From the IMG/VR virus record IMGVR_UViG_3300043409_001275, positions 6,129-70,128 of that record: a stretch of DNA of 64,000 bases. One strand, written 5' to 3'. Positions 10,001 through 22,000 of this stretch are shown piece by piece. The position numbers were made by a program, and so were the translations under genes. Source of the stretch: a virus. How positions within the stretch are numbered: the stretch's first letter is position 1; each line of letters opens with the position of its first letter. The notes under the pieces were generated by a model, which did no database searches, had not been told where the DNA came from, and saw nothing but the letters and a program-made list of their open reading frames with translations.

Positions 10001-10608
10001 CTTCAGTTCCATCTTACGCATCTTCTATTATAAATAGATTTGATATGTCTGATGGATTAGCTAAAACATTGACTTTTAATATTCAAGAGAATAAGTGGAT
10101 AAGTGATTATCAATTCATTGCAGAACAATACGACTATTTTGACAACAGAATGTTTGGATGGAAAAATGGTGCTTTATATGAATTTAATACAAATAGCTCT
10201 ACGTGGAACACTTGGTTTGGACAACAATACCCTGTAAGAATATGTTGGGTTTTAAATAAGCCATTGAGCGGATTAAAAGATATGGCTGAAATTGTAATAG
10301 AAGGCAGTCAAGCGCCTAATTTTACGGTTATCTACACAACATTACCTAATACGCAAATTACAGACTTAACAAGTTCTGATTTTACAAACCAAGAGGGTAT
10401 TTTGTATGCTAGAATATTAAGGGATAGATTATCGCCAAATACAACAGGAACGGCAGACCAAAAGCTTAATACCGGAGATGTTGTTCTTTCTCAAATCCCT
10501 CAAATTATGACTGAATTTCAATCTTACGAATCAATAATTTATGTTAATTTTGTTGATGTAGGGTTTAATTTATCAAGAGGACAAAATTTTATTCTAGGAA
10601 ATCAATAA
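7054..10608 (+). CDS. Tail stabilization / muzzle protein (P22 gp10-like, crAss-like)
   Basis: FTGGTNQD..., LNF.K...I, LLYWTDNYNEPKKINI, F.Y.YIY.DGEES, NRMFLAN, YQLGLAFYDKARR motifs. Confidence 0.75.
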   Translation: MLRSKKLFTGGTNQDDSLHLLDDAQYLRLMNGRVGVTQYGKNYRVEGVPGTTSITQSVYPPYGTNICIGSCVDIEGQRLIWFVYNTFDDHGIYAFDFTTSTTYAVLYDSQVAGGLNFNKNNRIDKNCKVNQGLLYWTDNYNEPKKINIDSGIKLNYPSYNTDARAYTSLTDSYEIMLIRRPPAYAPAIVKQYDNQFINNFIANRSWLFVWQYIYFDGEESVLGEYSVASMLNLVELGEQELYNHIYCTLNLLEKIPQTARIIRLVAKDELTNSANVIKTFDKLIDEQPFIAHNNGTTQLSFDYYGDVTGAVIPSSISSKPFDSVPLLSTTIESASNRMFLANNLSGYDTPTTTSLAVSQTTAIAGANKRFFKSESSYQLGLAFYDKARRKCGVVTKGSNITTTPPKVFTPNSNFNVIPIIANYDFAVDNNFEFEVVQLGNFTASGGAAGNGTSFVATSAFTADIYVNIIGSVTALTPGFTVFRIRILKNYSTVIAEEFIDTASMGLPYYFNSTLTLNDYGIILGDVFEVQFISAGICELECYGGSPFTIASSDTASNNVLTLDWTLSNANRLNEIPDWAYYYSILRTNNLRTRYFIDSYSSTNKYASKNVTVTSPNFATYTYSPTWNAVTTNAIAIDTTILLQSGLGYNYTEGDICVLIDSNDTRYEIPVIGQDGAYILLKSEYLVSDLTNIPYIYEIYTPYIKGENEPFYEVGNMYPVTNAGTVNRQYSALSGSLIGDVFVFQRQFNSTVYYYVEAMSPNDLFFRNWFTDQGFANFVILLGQNRNEHEIRYSNVFTAGTQNNGLSTFEALNFKTIPLGTGSIQKLQLASKTTEQGVVMLSIGSFQTASCYLGEVQLVGSSSNSSLVQDTAVIGTVNVLKGMFGTTAPETVVEYLGVIFWYDLNNGTIVQYSSNGLFPVSSYKQEKLFKNYAKGYLAASEGNLDNINGFHHIPTYVDPYHKELGVTLPGLIYENYADTLPSYSSVPSYASSIINRFDMSDGLAKTLTFNIQENKWISDYQFIAEQYDYFDNRMFGWKNGALYEFNTNSSTWNTWFGQQYPVRICWVLNKPLSGLKDMAEIVIEGSQAPNFTVIYTTLPNTQITDLTSSDFTNQEGILYARILRDRLSPNTTGTADQKLNTGDVVLSQIPQIMTEFQSYESIIYVNFVDVGFNLSRGQNFILGNQ

Positions 10609-10633
10609 ATTGTTTAATTTTAAATAAAAAATT

Positions 10634-11446
10634 ATGTTATTAGGAGCAGTACTTGGAGGCGTTGGGGCGCTTGGCAAAACCATATCTGGCTTTAGTCAAA
10701 TGAAAAAAGCTAATCAGATAAACCCAATATTTGCCGAATACGAAAAAAATAAATTAGCAGACCAAAACTTGGGTGCTGTTCAAAATTTATTTTATGGTAA
10801 AAATCGCGCGTTTACGCAAGCTGAAGCTAATATTAGACAAGCGCAATCAAACCAAATGTCTAATGCTCAAAGAAACGCAACAGATTCGGCTACCTTATTA
10901 GCTACAGGAGCAGGCGCTGCCGAGAATGCTAATCAAGCTTTTTCGAATTTAGCTGGTCAAGAAGCTCAACAACAAGTAGGAGTTTTAGATAATTTAAGTA
11001 GAGCTTACGGAATGTCTATTGCTGAAGGTGATAAAGTACAGGCAAATAAAATGATGAAATTTCAATTAGATTCTCAAGCTCAAGCTGCATTAAGAGAGTC
11101 AGGTATGAATAATATATTTGGTGGTGTTAGTGACCTTGCGGGTGGAATTATGCAATATGGCAACTATAAAAACGCAGCCAATTTTAATAAAATGTTAGGA
11201 GGGATGGGTGGCGCACAAGATGCAGGGTTTAATGCTCCTGCAAATTACGCTGAACAAGTGTTGCAAGGCGGTGATTATAGTAAATACGCGGGTATGGAAC
11301 AGCAAATGCCAAAAGCGTATGGTGGCAATGTTTTGCCTAATGTGCAAAAAGGATATTACGGCTTTGCAAATCCAGCATCAGGCAAGTATAGCGCTCCTCG
11401 TGAATTTAGAGGCAAATTGCCTAGTATGTCTATGTTTGGAAGATAA
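10634..11446 (+). CDS. Putative internal virion (ejection/cargo) protein
   Basis: Gly/Ala-rich hydrophobic N-terminus, Q/A/N-rich helical body; located after the muzzle gene. Confidence 0.55.
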   Translation: MLLGAVLGGVGALGKTISGFSQMKKANQINPIFAEYEKNKLADQNLGAVQNLFYGKNRAFTQAEANIRQAQSNQMSNAQRNATDSATLLATGAGAAENANQAFSNLAGQEAQQQVGVLDNLSRAYGMSIAEGDKVQANKMMKFQLDSQAQAALRESGMNNIFGGVSDLAGGIMQYGNYKNAANFNKMLGGMGGAQDAGFNAPANYAEQVLQGGDYSKYAGMEQQMPKAYGGNVLPNVQKGYYGFANPASGKYSAPREFRGKLPSMSMFGR

Positions 11447-11464
11447 ATAGTTTAAAATTATATT

Positions 11465-13027
11465 ATGGCAGAAAATTTAGGTAGTTATGCGGTAAATATC
11501 CCAAAGATGTTTCAATCTCCGGGCGAAGCCTTGCAAGCTGCAACTGCTCAAGAAGAAAGATTTGGGCAAAGACTAGAACAAGCTAATTTTAGAAATCAAC
11601 AAGCAGAGGAAAGAAAAGCTAAAGAATTAGAAGCGGAAAGGCAAAGAAGTATGGCAATGATTCAATCTGGAGTTAGATTAGACAGGATGCCTGCTGATGA
11701 ACAAGCTTATATGGTAGCGCAAGACGCTGTATCAAAGGTAAAATCTAACTTAATGGCTAAATTGAATAATAAGTCAATTGACCCTATTGCATTGCAAACG
11801 GAAATAGACGACGCAATGAAAGGTATTACAAGAGCATCAAATACATTTATTTTAGAACATAATAATATTGATGAAGTTGTAAATCAATATGCAAAAAATT
11901 ATCCTTCAATAGATGCTGCTGCGCTTAAAAATGATTTAAGAAGCGATGTTAGAAATAGAAGAATTGCGCAGGGTCAATTTATTGACCCAAATCAAGTAGA
12001 AGATTCTGCGCTTATTGCTCAATTGTCAAATCCGGAAAATTTATCCAAATACATTACAGAATATAACACTTTAGATAAAGTAATATCAGGTAAAGAATCT
12101 TCTCGTAATATAGAGGCTAAACTTGGTACGCCTCAAGCATATACTACATTTTCAGGTAAAATGGGGTTTTGGAATAAGCCAACATTTGAAGTTGAACCTA
12201 GCGGATTTATAAAAAAAGGTGGAAAGATTCCATCTTTGACATATGGAGGAGTTGAAATAGCAAATGAACCATTGCCTGCTAATTCATTAAGGGGAGTTGA
12301 TAAGCCATTAGATATGGTTCCTCAAGGAGCATATGATAAATTTTTAACAGAAGGTGGGAATAATGCTAAATCTGAAATTGTTTCATTAGCACAAAAGCAA
12401 TTTACTCCAGAAGAGTACAAAACATTTAGCCCACAAGAAAAAGATTTTGCTAATAGAAATGCTTTATATAACTATTTAAAAAAGAAAGATACACAAGGAT
12501 TTGTGGGTCTATCTGAAACATCATACAATCCTCCTCCATCATATGCAGGGCAAAAACCAACAGAAGGGGAAAGAAAAGCAGCTAAAATTGGACAATATTT
12601 AGATTCGTTTACAAATGCTATTAAATCTAATGATGTAAATAATATAAAAGCATTGGCTGGTAAACTTTATGGTTTAGGTGGGGGTAAGTCAAAGTTTTCT
12701 AAAATAGAGGTATATAAAAGACCGGATGGTACAGTTACTGGAGTGCAATTAAAGTATGTGGATGGCAAAGGTAAAATGGCGGGCGGCGATATTATTAAAG
12801 CGGATGACCCGTATTTAAGAGATAAACTTCAGGGTTCTTATCAGCAAATATCAGGTAGTGAAAGCGCAGCCGAAATTGAAAATTTACCAAAATCGGGGGA
12901 AAAAACACAGCCAAAACCATCTGCAAATAATAAAATTACCGTAATTTTAAATGGTGAAGAAGGTGTTATAGATGCATCTCAATGGGAAGCTTTTAGAAAG
13001 AAATATCCAACAGCAAAAAGAAAATAA
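11465..13027 (+). CDS. Putative internal virion cargo protein
   Basis: Coiled-coil N-terminus; located between the ejection-like gene and the giant protein gene. Confidence 0.5.
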   Translation: MAENLGSYAVNIPKMFQSPGEALQAATAQEERFGQRLEQANFRNQQAEERKAKELEAERQRSMAMIQSGVRLDRMPADEQAYMVAQDAVSKVKSNLMAKLNNKSIDPIALQTEIDDAMKGITRASNTFILEHNNIDEVVNQYAKNYPSIDAAALKNDLRSDVRNRRIAQGQFIDPNQVEDSALIAQLSNPENLSKYITEYNTLDKVISGKESSRNIEAKLGTPQAYTTFSGKMGFWNKPTFEVEPSGFIKKGGKIPSLTYGGVEIANEPLPANSLRGVDKPLDMVPQGAYDKFLTEGGNNAKSEIVSLAQKQFTPEEYKTFSPQEKDFANRNALYNYLKKKDTQGFVGLSETSYNPPPSYAGQKPTEGERKAAKIGQYLDSFTNAIKSNDVNNIKALAGKLYGLGGGKSKFSKIEVYKRPDGTVTGVQLKYVDGKGKMAGGDIIKADDPYLRDKLQGSYQQISGSESAAEIENLPKSGEKTQPKPSANNKITVILNGEEGVIDASQWEAFRKKYPTAKRK

Positions 13028-13029
13028 AA

Positions 13030-16000
13030 ATGCCAGAAGAACAAAATAATCCGTTTGCAGAATTTGGTGGGGAAGTAGTAAAAAAGGAGGCAAATCCGTT
13101 TGCAGAATTTGGTGGGGAATTAAAAAAAAAAGACCAACCTACACGTTCAGGATATTCGGTTACACCATTACCATCTCAAGATAAATTTGATATAGGAGAA
13201 GAAGTGGCTACTATTGGATATAAAAGTCCAATAGGTAAAGCTATTCAGAAAGATAAAATTAAGGGCAGCAATGTAGCCGGAGTATATAATACATTAGTCG
13301 GAAGCTTATCGTCAATTGTAGGAGGCGGTGTTTATATGGCTGACATACTTGGCGCTCAACCTTCTATGCCATTAAGCGTGAGAATTGCTAATGCGGATGC
13401 AGATAGAAAGAAAGCTGTTAGTTTTATAGAACAAGCTCGCTCATCAAGGTCAAGTAAAGAATTCGAACAGCAACAAAGTGAGTTTGATGTTACTCCAAAA
13501 GAAGGTGGAGGGTTATTTAGTGGCGTAGATTTTGAAGATGTTAGAGGGTTAGCTTTTCAAGCGCCTAAAACATTATTAGAAATGGCTGCCGGCGCATATT
13601 CTGGTGGTTTGACATTTGCCCAACAATCAATTAATGATAATGCAAAAGAATTAGAAGAAAGCGGGGAAGGTAAAAAATTAACCGATGTTCAAAAGGTAGG
13701 ATATTTATTTACTCAAGCGGCAGCTCAAGCAGCTCTTGAGAAATTTTCTATAGATAAAATATTAAAAAATACAGGTTTAGCTAAAAGTATACAAAAGAAA
13801 ATTACAGCAGAGGTTATTGAAGGGTTTGCTCAAAAAGGTATAAAAGCTACTGCAAAAGAGGTTCAAGATGAGATGGTTAAAAAAGCAGCTAAACTATCTA
13901 CTAAATTAAAAAATGTAGGTATAAAAGGAGTAGAAAGTGCTTTTGTGGAAGGAAGTACAGAAGGTATTCAGCAAGCGGCTTCAGATGCTATAAAAGTAGC
14001 AACTAATAAAATAGCAGAAAAAGAAGTTTTTAATGAAGAAGATATAAATAAAAACTTTTGGAAAAATGTTGTTAATAATGCCGTTATGGGTGCTGCAATG
14101 GGCGGAGCAACGGGAGCAGGTTTACAGGGCTTAAATAGTACTGACAAGGCGATTAGACAAGAGATTGCTAATGCAACAGGTGAAAAGAAGTTTTATGTTG
14201 ATGATAAAGAAGTAACAGAAAAGGAGTTTGGTCAATCTACAGGTAACAAAAAAGTTACCACTGATTTGCAGAATATACAAGACCAAATTAACAAACAAGT
14301 AGAAGAAGGTAACTTAACCCCAGAAGAAGCAGAAGCAGCAAACATAACTGCACAACAATATGCAGAAATTGCAGGGAAGATTCCTACAACAGTATCAAAA
14401 GAAGATAAGTATAAAATTATAGGTGGTATTTCTCAAAGAAATCAATTACAAGAAGATTTGCAAAAAGCTCGCGAAGAGATGATGCAAGTTGACCCTATAT
14501 TTAGAAAAGAAAAGCAAGACCAAATTGATTTAATACAAGCTAAAATAGATGAAACAGGCGATTATTTAGAAGGTCTTGCAACCGGTAAAAAGCCAAGATA
14601 CATTAAAAGAGATGGCAGAAAAGGGGAAGAAACTACCTATTATAAAGTTGATGAAAATGGGGATAAGACTCCAATAAGTCAAGCTCGTTATGATTTAGCT
14701 AAAGCAATTAAAAAAGAAGATAGCAGAAAGAAAGCTCCTGTTGATGAAAACAGACGCAGAAGAGTAGAGCAATTTGATATATTATATGGTGTAAAATCAA
14801 ACAACCCAGAATTTGATTTTCCTAATTCATTTGAAGAATTTAATAAGAAAATAGATAGCGACCCTAATTATTTGTCTGATTTATACAAAAGAGCAAAAAA
14901 GTACAAAGAAACAGGAGAAATTGCTGAAGATGAAATGGGTACGGAAGCATCTTTTATAGAAGCCATAAATCCGCCTGTAGAAAAGGATATTACAATAGGC
15001 GAGATTGTAGATAAAAAAGGTACATACAAAGACCAAAAAGGAACTTTCTTACAAGAAGGCGATAATGTTGTCTTTGAGAACGAGGCTTCAGGAGAAAAGT
15101 ATGAAATAGGTAAAGTGTCTGAAATACAAGAGAAGCCAGCGTCAGAATTTGATATTAAATATGATGAATCTTTAGTTTCAATTGATGACAAAGGCAATAT
15201 AAGTGTAAGAGAAAAACCTTACATAAACAGATACTCAAATCCATTAAAAGCTATTAATAAAGATGAAAATGGAAATATAGTTTCCGTTAATTTGGAAACA
15301 GCTGATGGTAAAAAGAGAACATTTAAAGGAAGTATAGCTGAAGATATAGCTTATCAAATAAACTTAAAAGAGAAAAGCAAAGAAGCGCCTAAAGTTGAAC
15401 CTAAAGCCGAACAGGTTGTCGAAAAGCCTGTTCAAGTAGTTAAGCCGGTTAAACCAGTTGTTGAAGTAAAAGAAGAAGTTAAACCATTTGAAGAGTTAGT
15501 TAATTTAATTCCGACAGCAGATTTAAAAAGACCAAATGGCTCAATAGGTACGCAAGGGTTTACAGAAGAAAATATTATTAATGTAGCAAGGTTTATTGCG
15601 AGTGAAACGGGTTTTGATATACCAATATTTGATAAAAATTTAGGCACAAGTAAAATAAAGCAGGTAATTGAATATTTAAAAAACAATAAAGAAGCACAAC
15701 AAAAGATAAAAGAGTATGTTATAAAAGACCCTGTTGTTACAAGTTTATTGCCTGATGGTACTTATGAAATTGAAGATGGCAACCATAGGGCAAATTTGTT
15801 AAATTTAATTGGAGTAGATGCTATTCCTACAATAGAATTAAGTGGCAGAGATAAGCAAACTGCAATTAATGAACATAACGCTAAAGTTGAAGCAATAGAA
15901 AAATCTCTACCTACCAAAGAAGAACCAACTGAAGTAAAGGAGCAGGTCAAACCTACTAAAGTTGAAGAAATTAAAACTAAAATAAAATCTAAATTAAAAA

Positions 16001-19000
16001 GTTTTAAAGAAAGGTTTGCTCCTGTAAAGAAAACATCTACGAAAGGTGAAAAAATTGCTGAAGCTAAAGATGTTTATAAAAAAGTAAAAGAAATGGACGC
16101 TCCTTCTGACGGAGCGGAGGTTGGGTTAAGGTATTTAGCGGATGGTGGTATAGTTAGTCAGGCTGTTGTTGATGAAATTGCAGGTACTACTGCTAATGTT
16201 AGAGCCACATTAAATACCGGAAGAAAGGTTAAAACAAAATCAGAGGAAAGCAAGTCTAGAGATTATGTTAGCGGTAACGAGTCGTTAGATGATTTAGTGC
16301 ATAGATTATGGGAGGTAAATAAACAAAGGATTGATATAGATGATATTAAGGAGGCTTTGATGGATGAAATTGGAAATAATAATACAAGATTTGATGCAGC
16401 TAAAGCTTATTTAGAAAGATATAGTCCAGAATATACTCAAAAGTCATATGAGGACAGAATGAGCGAGCAGATGCAAGCTGAAGAAGAAGAGTTTAGAAGA
16501 AAATTAGAAGAAGAAGGATTAGAAGAAGCTCCATTTGCTGTTAGAGAAGCAACTACAGAAGATATAGAATCAATGCAAGAAATTGTAGCTGATTATGTAA
16601 AAGATGGAGTTACAGCATTGGATGATATAAAAAGAGAGGTAGCAAAAGAATTAGGATATAACACAAAGGCATTAAGACAAATCGTTGAGGATGCCTATAA
16701 TAGATACACTACAACAACCGAGGTTGCTCCTGCAGAGGTTTTAGGGGCTATTGCCGATAGGGTTGGAAATAAGATGAAGCAAATGTTCGGTAAGGCAGCT
16801 CAAGCGCCGGTTATACTTAATGATGCTAATTCTATGCTTGATAAGGCAGTTGAATTGGGAGCAAGTGGTGAAGTTATAGAATTCCAAAAAGAGCAAGCAA
16901 AACAACAAAAAGGCGCATCTATATCAGATAAAACTGCTATTGATGAATTGAGGTCAAAAACAGAAGATAAAGCTAAAATTAGCATTATTGATGCAGCTGA
17001 AAAAATGATAACAACACTAAAATCAGTGTTGCCTAATTTTGATATTGTAATACATGGTAGCAACGAAAGTTATAACGCAGCCATGAAAGATGCTGAAATT
17101 GACGGTGTAGTTGGGGGCGTTGGTAATTTTAGTTATTCTAAAAAGAAAGGTGAATATTCAGGTCGTATTGATATTAACTTGAACAGAGCAAATAATAAGA
17201 CATTAGCGCACGAGGTAGCTCATGGAGTTATGTTGAAGGCATTTGGCGATAACCCAAAATTATTTAAAGAATTTAGGGAGAAGATAGCATCTGTACTAAA
17301 TGAAAGTGATAATCAAACATTAATCGATTTTGCTGACAGGGCTACTTATGCAAAAAATGATACTTACGAGGAGTATTTAGCAGAATTAACAGCTATGTTA
17401 GCTGAACAGGAAACTAAATTATCTACAAGTACATTCCAAAAAATTGCTGCTATTATAAATGATATAATAGAGAAGATAACAAATGGCGCATTTAAACCAT
17501 TTAAAGATATTAAAAAAACAAAGCAAGTTGTTGACTTTTTTAATGACATATCGGAGTCTATTCGTAAAGGAGAGGCAATAAAGATTGAAAATATCAAAAC
17601 CGCAGAGGAATTAAAAAAGCAGGCTAAACTAGAATTAGAGGATTTTGAAAGAATTGCCACAGAAAGCATTGCGGATATTGCTAGGATGTTTGGTATGGAT
17701 TTAGGTAATCCAGTAGCTTCAAAAGCTCAAGTTCCTGTTGAAAAGCTTCCTAGACCTGTAATTAATGGATTTGATGTTTTAAAGAAAAAATTTGGCGAAA
17801 CAGCAGCTAAAGCAATAAGAAGTAAAATACAAATTGCAATAAATTATCCTACTGAATTTATTGATTTTATAACAGCAAAAATACCAATAAAAGAAGATGT
17901 TTCATTTATTGTAGACAAGATGGGGGATAATTTGGACGGCTTATTTAGAATAGCGATTCAAAAAAATTCTGAAGCCGCAGATGCAAAAGGTAAAACTCCA
18001 GAAGAATTATCAAAAGAGGCGGGGTATGTATTTTATAAGCCTAAAAGCAATGATGATTTAATAGTATTTAAAAAGGATTTTAAAGAATTTGAAGTATTAT
18101 GTACATTTAATGACCCAAGTAGAATAAATAACAATGTTATTTTCTGGTTAAGAAGAAATAACGCAGAAACTGTATTGCATGCAAGGGAGGTGACACAAGA
18201 GTATTTGAAAGAAGAATCAGAAGGCGCTATTTTATGGCGTGATTATTTAGATAAAAAGGGTTTAAAAAAAGATGACGGCTCATATGATTTATCAAATTTA
18301 GACCCAAGAAGAGAAGACCCTTATGGGACATCTTCAATGAGTGTTCAGATAGGAAGAACTGGTACAGGACCAGATAGACTCCCGATTGGAAAGCCTTCAA
18401 TAAAAAATAGATATAATCATAGGGTAGACGCTCCTGACGAAACATTTGATAGTAATTTAGATAATATAATAAGCGGGCTTGAGAAAGCTGTATATAGTAT
18501 AGAGGGGGTTCCTGAAAGAAGAAATGAAATTGGACGCCAACCAAGCCTTCCGGATTACATACATAAAGACAATCAAGGTAGACTATTTAAATATGACCAA
18601 CAGATTAATGGTGTTTATATTAGCAAAAATGGATACTATGATGGTAATTTGCATATAATAGATAAATCTACGCAAAAAATTGTTGACGATTATTTAATTG
18701 ATTCAAAAAATAAAACTGCAAACTCTTTAGTAGGTACCAGAAGTATTTTAACTGATATTAATAAAATTTCTTTTGACAAAAATACTATTAAAATTCAATC
18801 AGATAAAGGTTCTTTAAATCTTGAGCTTGTTGATGGGGTGCTTGATAAAATAAGTGGCGATATTGCAAGGTTAGAGAATTCATTTATGTTTTACAATAAA
18901 TCCTTGACTAGTATTGATTTGCCATCGGTTAAATCTATTGGTAATGATTTTCTTTATTCAAATGAAACCTTAAGAAGCGTTAATTTGCCATTAGTTGAAA

Positions 19001-22000
19001 GGATTGGCGATGAGTTTCTTAATCGTAATATTGCTTTAGAAAATATTGATTTACCATTAGTTAGTATTATTGGTACTCAATTTCTTAATAGAAATGTATC
19101 TTTAGAAAATGTCAATATGCCTTCTGCTGTAATTATTGGCGACGATTTTCTTAAATATAATGAAATTTTGGAAAATCTTGATTTGCCATCGGTGCAAATG
19201 GTTGGTTATAATTTTCTTTACAACAATAAATATTTAAAAAGTGCTAACTTGCCAAACATTAGAGTTGTTAGCGAAGCTTTTCTTAGCAAAAATCAATCTT
19301 TAAAAAATATTGATTTCCCATTACTTGTAAAAGTTCCGTCAAGTTTTTTATCTCAAAATGAAAATATAGAAGAAGTTAATCTTCCATTAGTAACTGAAAT
19401 TGGCTCTAATTTTTTAGGTAATAATAAATATTTAAAAAAATTAAATTTACCATTAGTAAAATCAATTGAAAGTGAGTTTCTTCCCCTAAACAATATTTTA
19501 GAAGAAATTAATTTGCCTTTAGTGGAAAAAATAGGTTCTGAATTTCTTCTTTATAACGAATCTTTGACAACAATAAGTTTACCATCTGTTAAAAATATTG
19601 GTAGTAGATTTATGAAATCTAGCGTTTTAACTAGCATTAATTTACCATTAGTTGAAGGCATTGACCGTGAATTTCTTGAAGATAACCGTAGGCTAGAAAG
19701 TATTAATTTACCTTCTGCTGAATTAATAGGAAATGATTTTTTAAGTAGAAATCAATACATAAAAAGTGTTGAATTACCTTTGGTAAAATATGTAGGTAAT
19801 AGATTTTTAAGTAATGCTAGAGAATTAATAAATATAAAATTACCATCTGTTAAAATAATTGGTGATAAATTTCTTTATGTAAACAAATTTTTAACCAATA
19901 TTGATTTGCCTTTGGTTAATGCAATTGGGGAGGATTTTTTATATAATAATGAATCTTTATCAAGTATAAAATTACCGTTAGTTGATATAATTGGAAGTGA
20001 TTTTCTTCATAATAATAAATCTTTGACAAGTTTAGATTTGCCATTGGTTACAAAAATTGGCTATGACTTTCTTTTTGAAAATAAATCTTTAGCAAAAATT
20101 AATCTTCCATCTGTTATAAATATTAGTAGTTCATTTCTTAAATACAATGAAGCATTGACTAGCATTGATTTACCATTAGTTGAGTCTATCGGAAATCAAT
20201 TTCTTTTTTTTAATGAATCTTTAGAAAATATTAATTTGCCAAATGTTCTATATATTCGAAATGATTTTCTTTATAGTAATGAATCTTTTTTAAAAACTCT
20301 TAAATTGCCAAAAGTTGTAGGTATAGGTAGCGATTTTCTTCATTATAATAATTCTTTAACAACTCTTGAATTGCCAAAAGTTGAACGGATAGATGATGAT
20401 TTTCTTTTTAATAATATGTCTTTAGAAAATTTAGAATTGCCATCTATTAAAATTTTTAGTCCCAACGGATTTTTTTCTAAAAATAAGGTTTTAGCAAATA
20501 AAATAGCTTTGGCTAGCATGGAATCAGCTGAAGTAAGGTCAAAAGCGCAAATGCCAATGTTTATGGCTAATCAAAATGGGGAAGATATTTTAGGCTTTTC
20601 TTATGACAATAGAATGTATTTAAATGGAGAGAAACTTAATCCTAATACTATAATCCACGAAGCAGGTCATATTTGGACAGAGTGGATTAAGAATAATGAT
20701 ACTAAATTGTATGATAAGGGTATGGAATTGGTTGAAAAGTCACCATACTTGCAAAAAGCAAAGAATAGCAAATTTTACCAAGAACAAGCAGATAAATTAG
20801 CTACAGAAGAGCAAAGAGAGGCTTACTTTAAGCACGAAGCATTAGCTATGGCTATTGGTGATAAGGGAGCGCAATTTGTATTAGAAAGCAAAAAAGAATC
20901 ATTCCAAGATTGGTTAAAAACTTTGTGGACTAAAATAAAGAACTTAACAGGATTTAAAGATTTGACAGCAGAAGAGTTCCAAAACTTGACTTTTGACCAA
21001 TTCTCTAAAATGGCTGTTAAAGAAATTTTAGGTACAGAAGGTGCAGTTGACAAGTTAAATGCAATAAAAAGTTTTAGGAACAAAAAGAAATTTATAAAAG
21101 ATAATCTAAAATACGAATCAAATAAAAATGCAATAGACGAACTTGATTTTACAGAAGAAGATTTCATTGAAATCGCAAAGTCAAATTTTGATTTATCAAC
21201 CTTTAAAAATATAAAAGATGCCGTACAAAAGCGAAGCACAAAGAAAGTACTTCAACCAAAACAAGGAGAAGATGGAGAAGCAAGGGGTGGACGTAGACGA
21301 GTGGAACCAAGAGTCGAAGGGGAAAGAATTGCCGATGAAGAAGGCGAAACCACACAGCCCGAAGGTATTACGCAAATCCCAGAAGAAATTCAAAATGTAG
21401 GATTAGAGAATCAAGACATAGACTATGTCCGTATAACCAAAGCGGAATTAGGTAAATTAAGAGAAAGTCTTGGACTACCTGCATACAAAGGATTGCCTAT
21501 TGAAAATCGTGAAATGTTGAGAGAAGCAGCTCAAGAAATGATTAAAAAAGGCGTAAGTGTTGAATCTTTGTATGATAAAATTAGAAGAGGTGATGTGTTA
21601 TCAAACTACGAAAATGCGTTTATGGCTGAATACAGAGCTGCATTGGATGTAGAATTAAAGAACAATCCTTCTCAAGAATTATTAAAAAAGATTGCAGAAT
21701 TTGCCGATATTTTTCAACAAGGAGCATCTCTAGCAGGTAAGGCGTTAGAAAGTTTAAAAATAATGAAGAAGCTTAACGAGGCTAACACATTATCTAACTT
21801 TTTATTGACTAGGCAAGAAGATAAAGGGTTTCCGTTGACTCCTAAAATGATGGTAGAAGAAACTGCTAAATTTGAAAAAGTACAAAAAGCTAAAAAAGAA
21901 TTAAAAGAATCTGTTGAAAATGATATTATAAACCAAGTTAAAACAGAAGCTGAAAATGAATTAAAGAAAGAAGGCAAAGCAAAAGTTAAAAAATCTCACG

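Noticed and set aside
13122-13131. A10 run near the start of the giant gene as a phase-variation switch
   Set aside because: In frame, encodes Lys-Lys-Lys in an A-rich genome; no evidence of variation without reads
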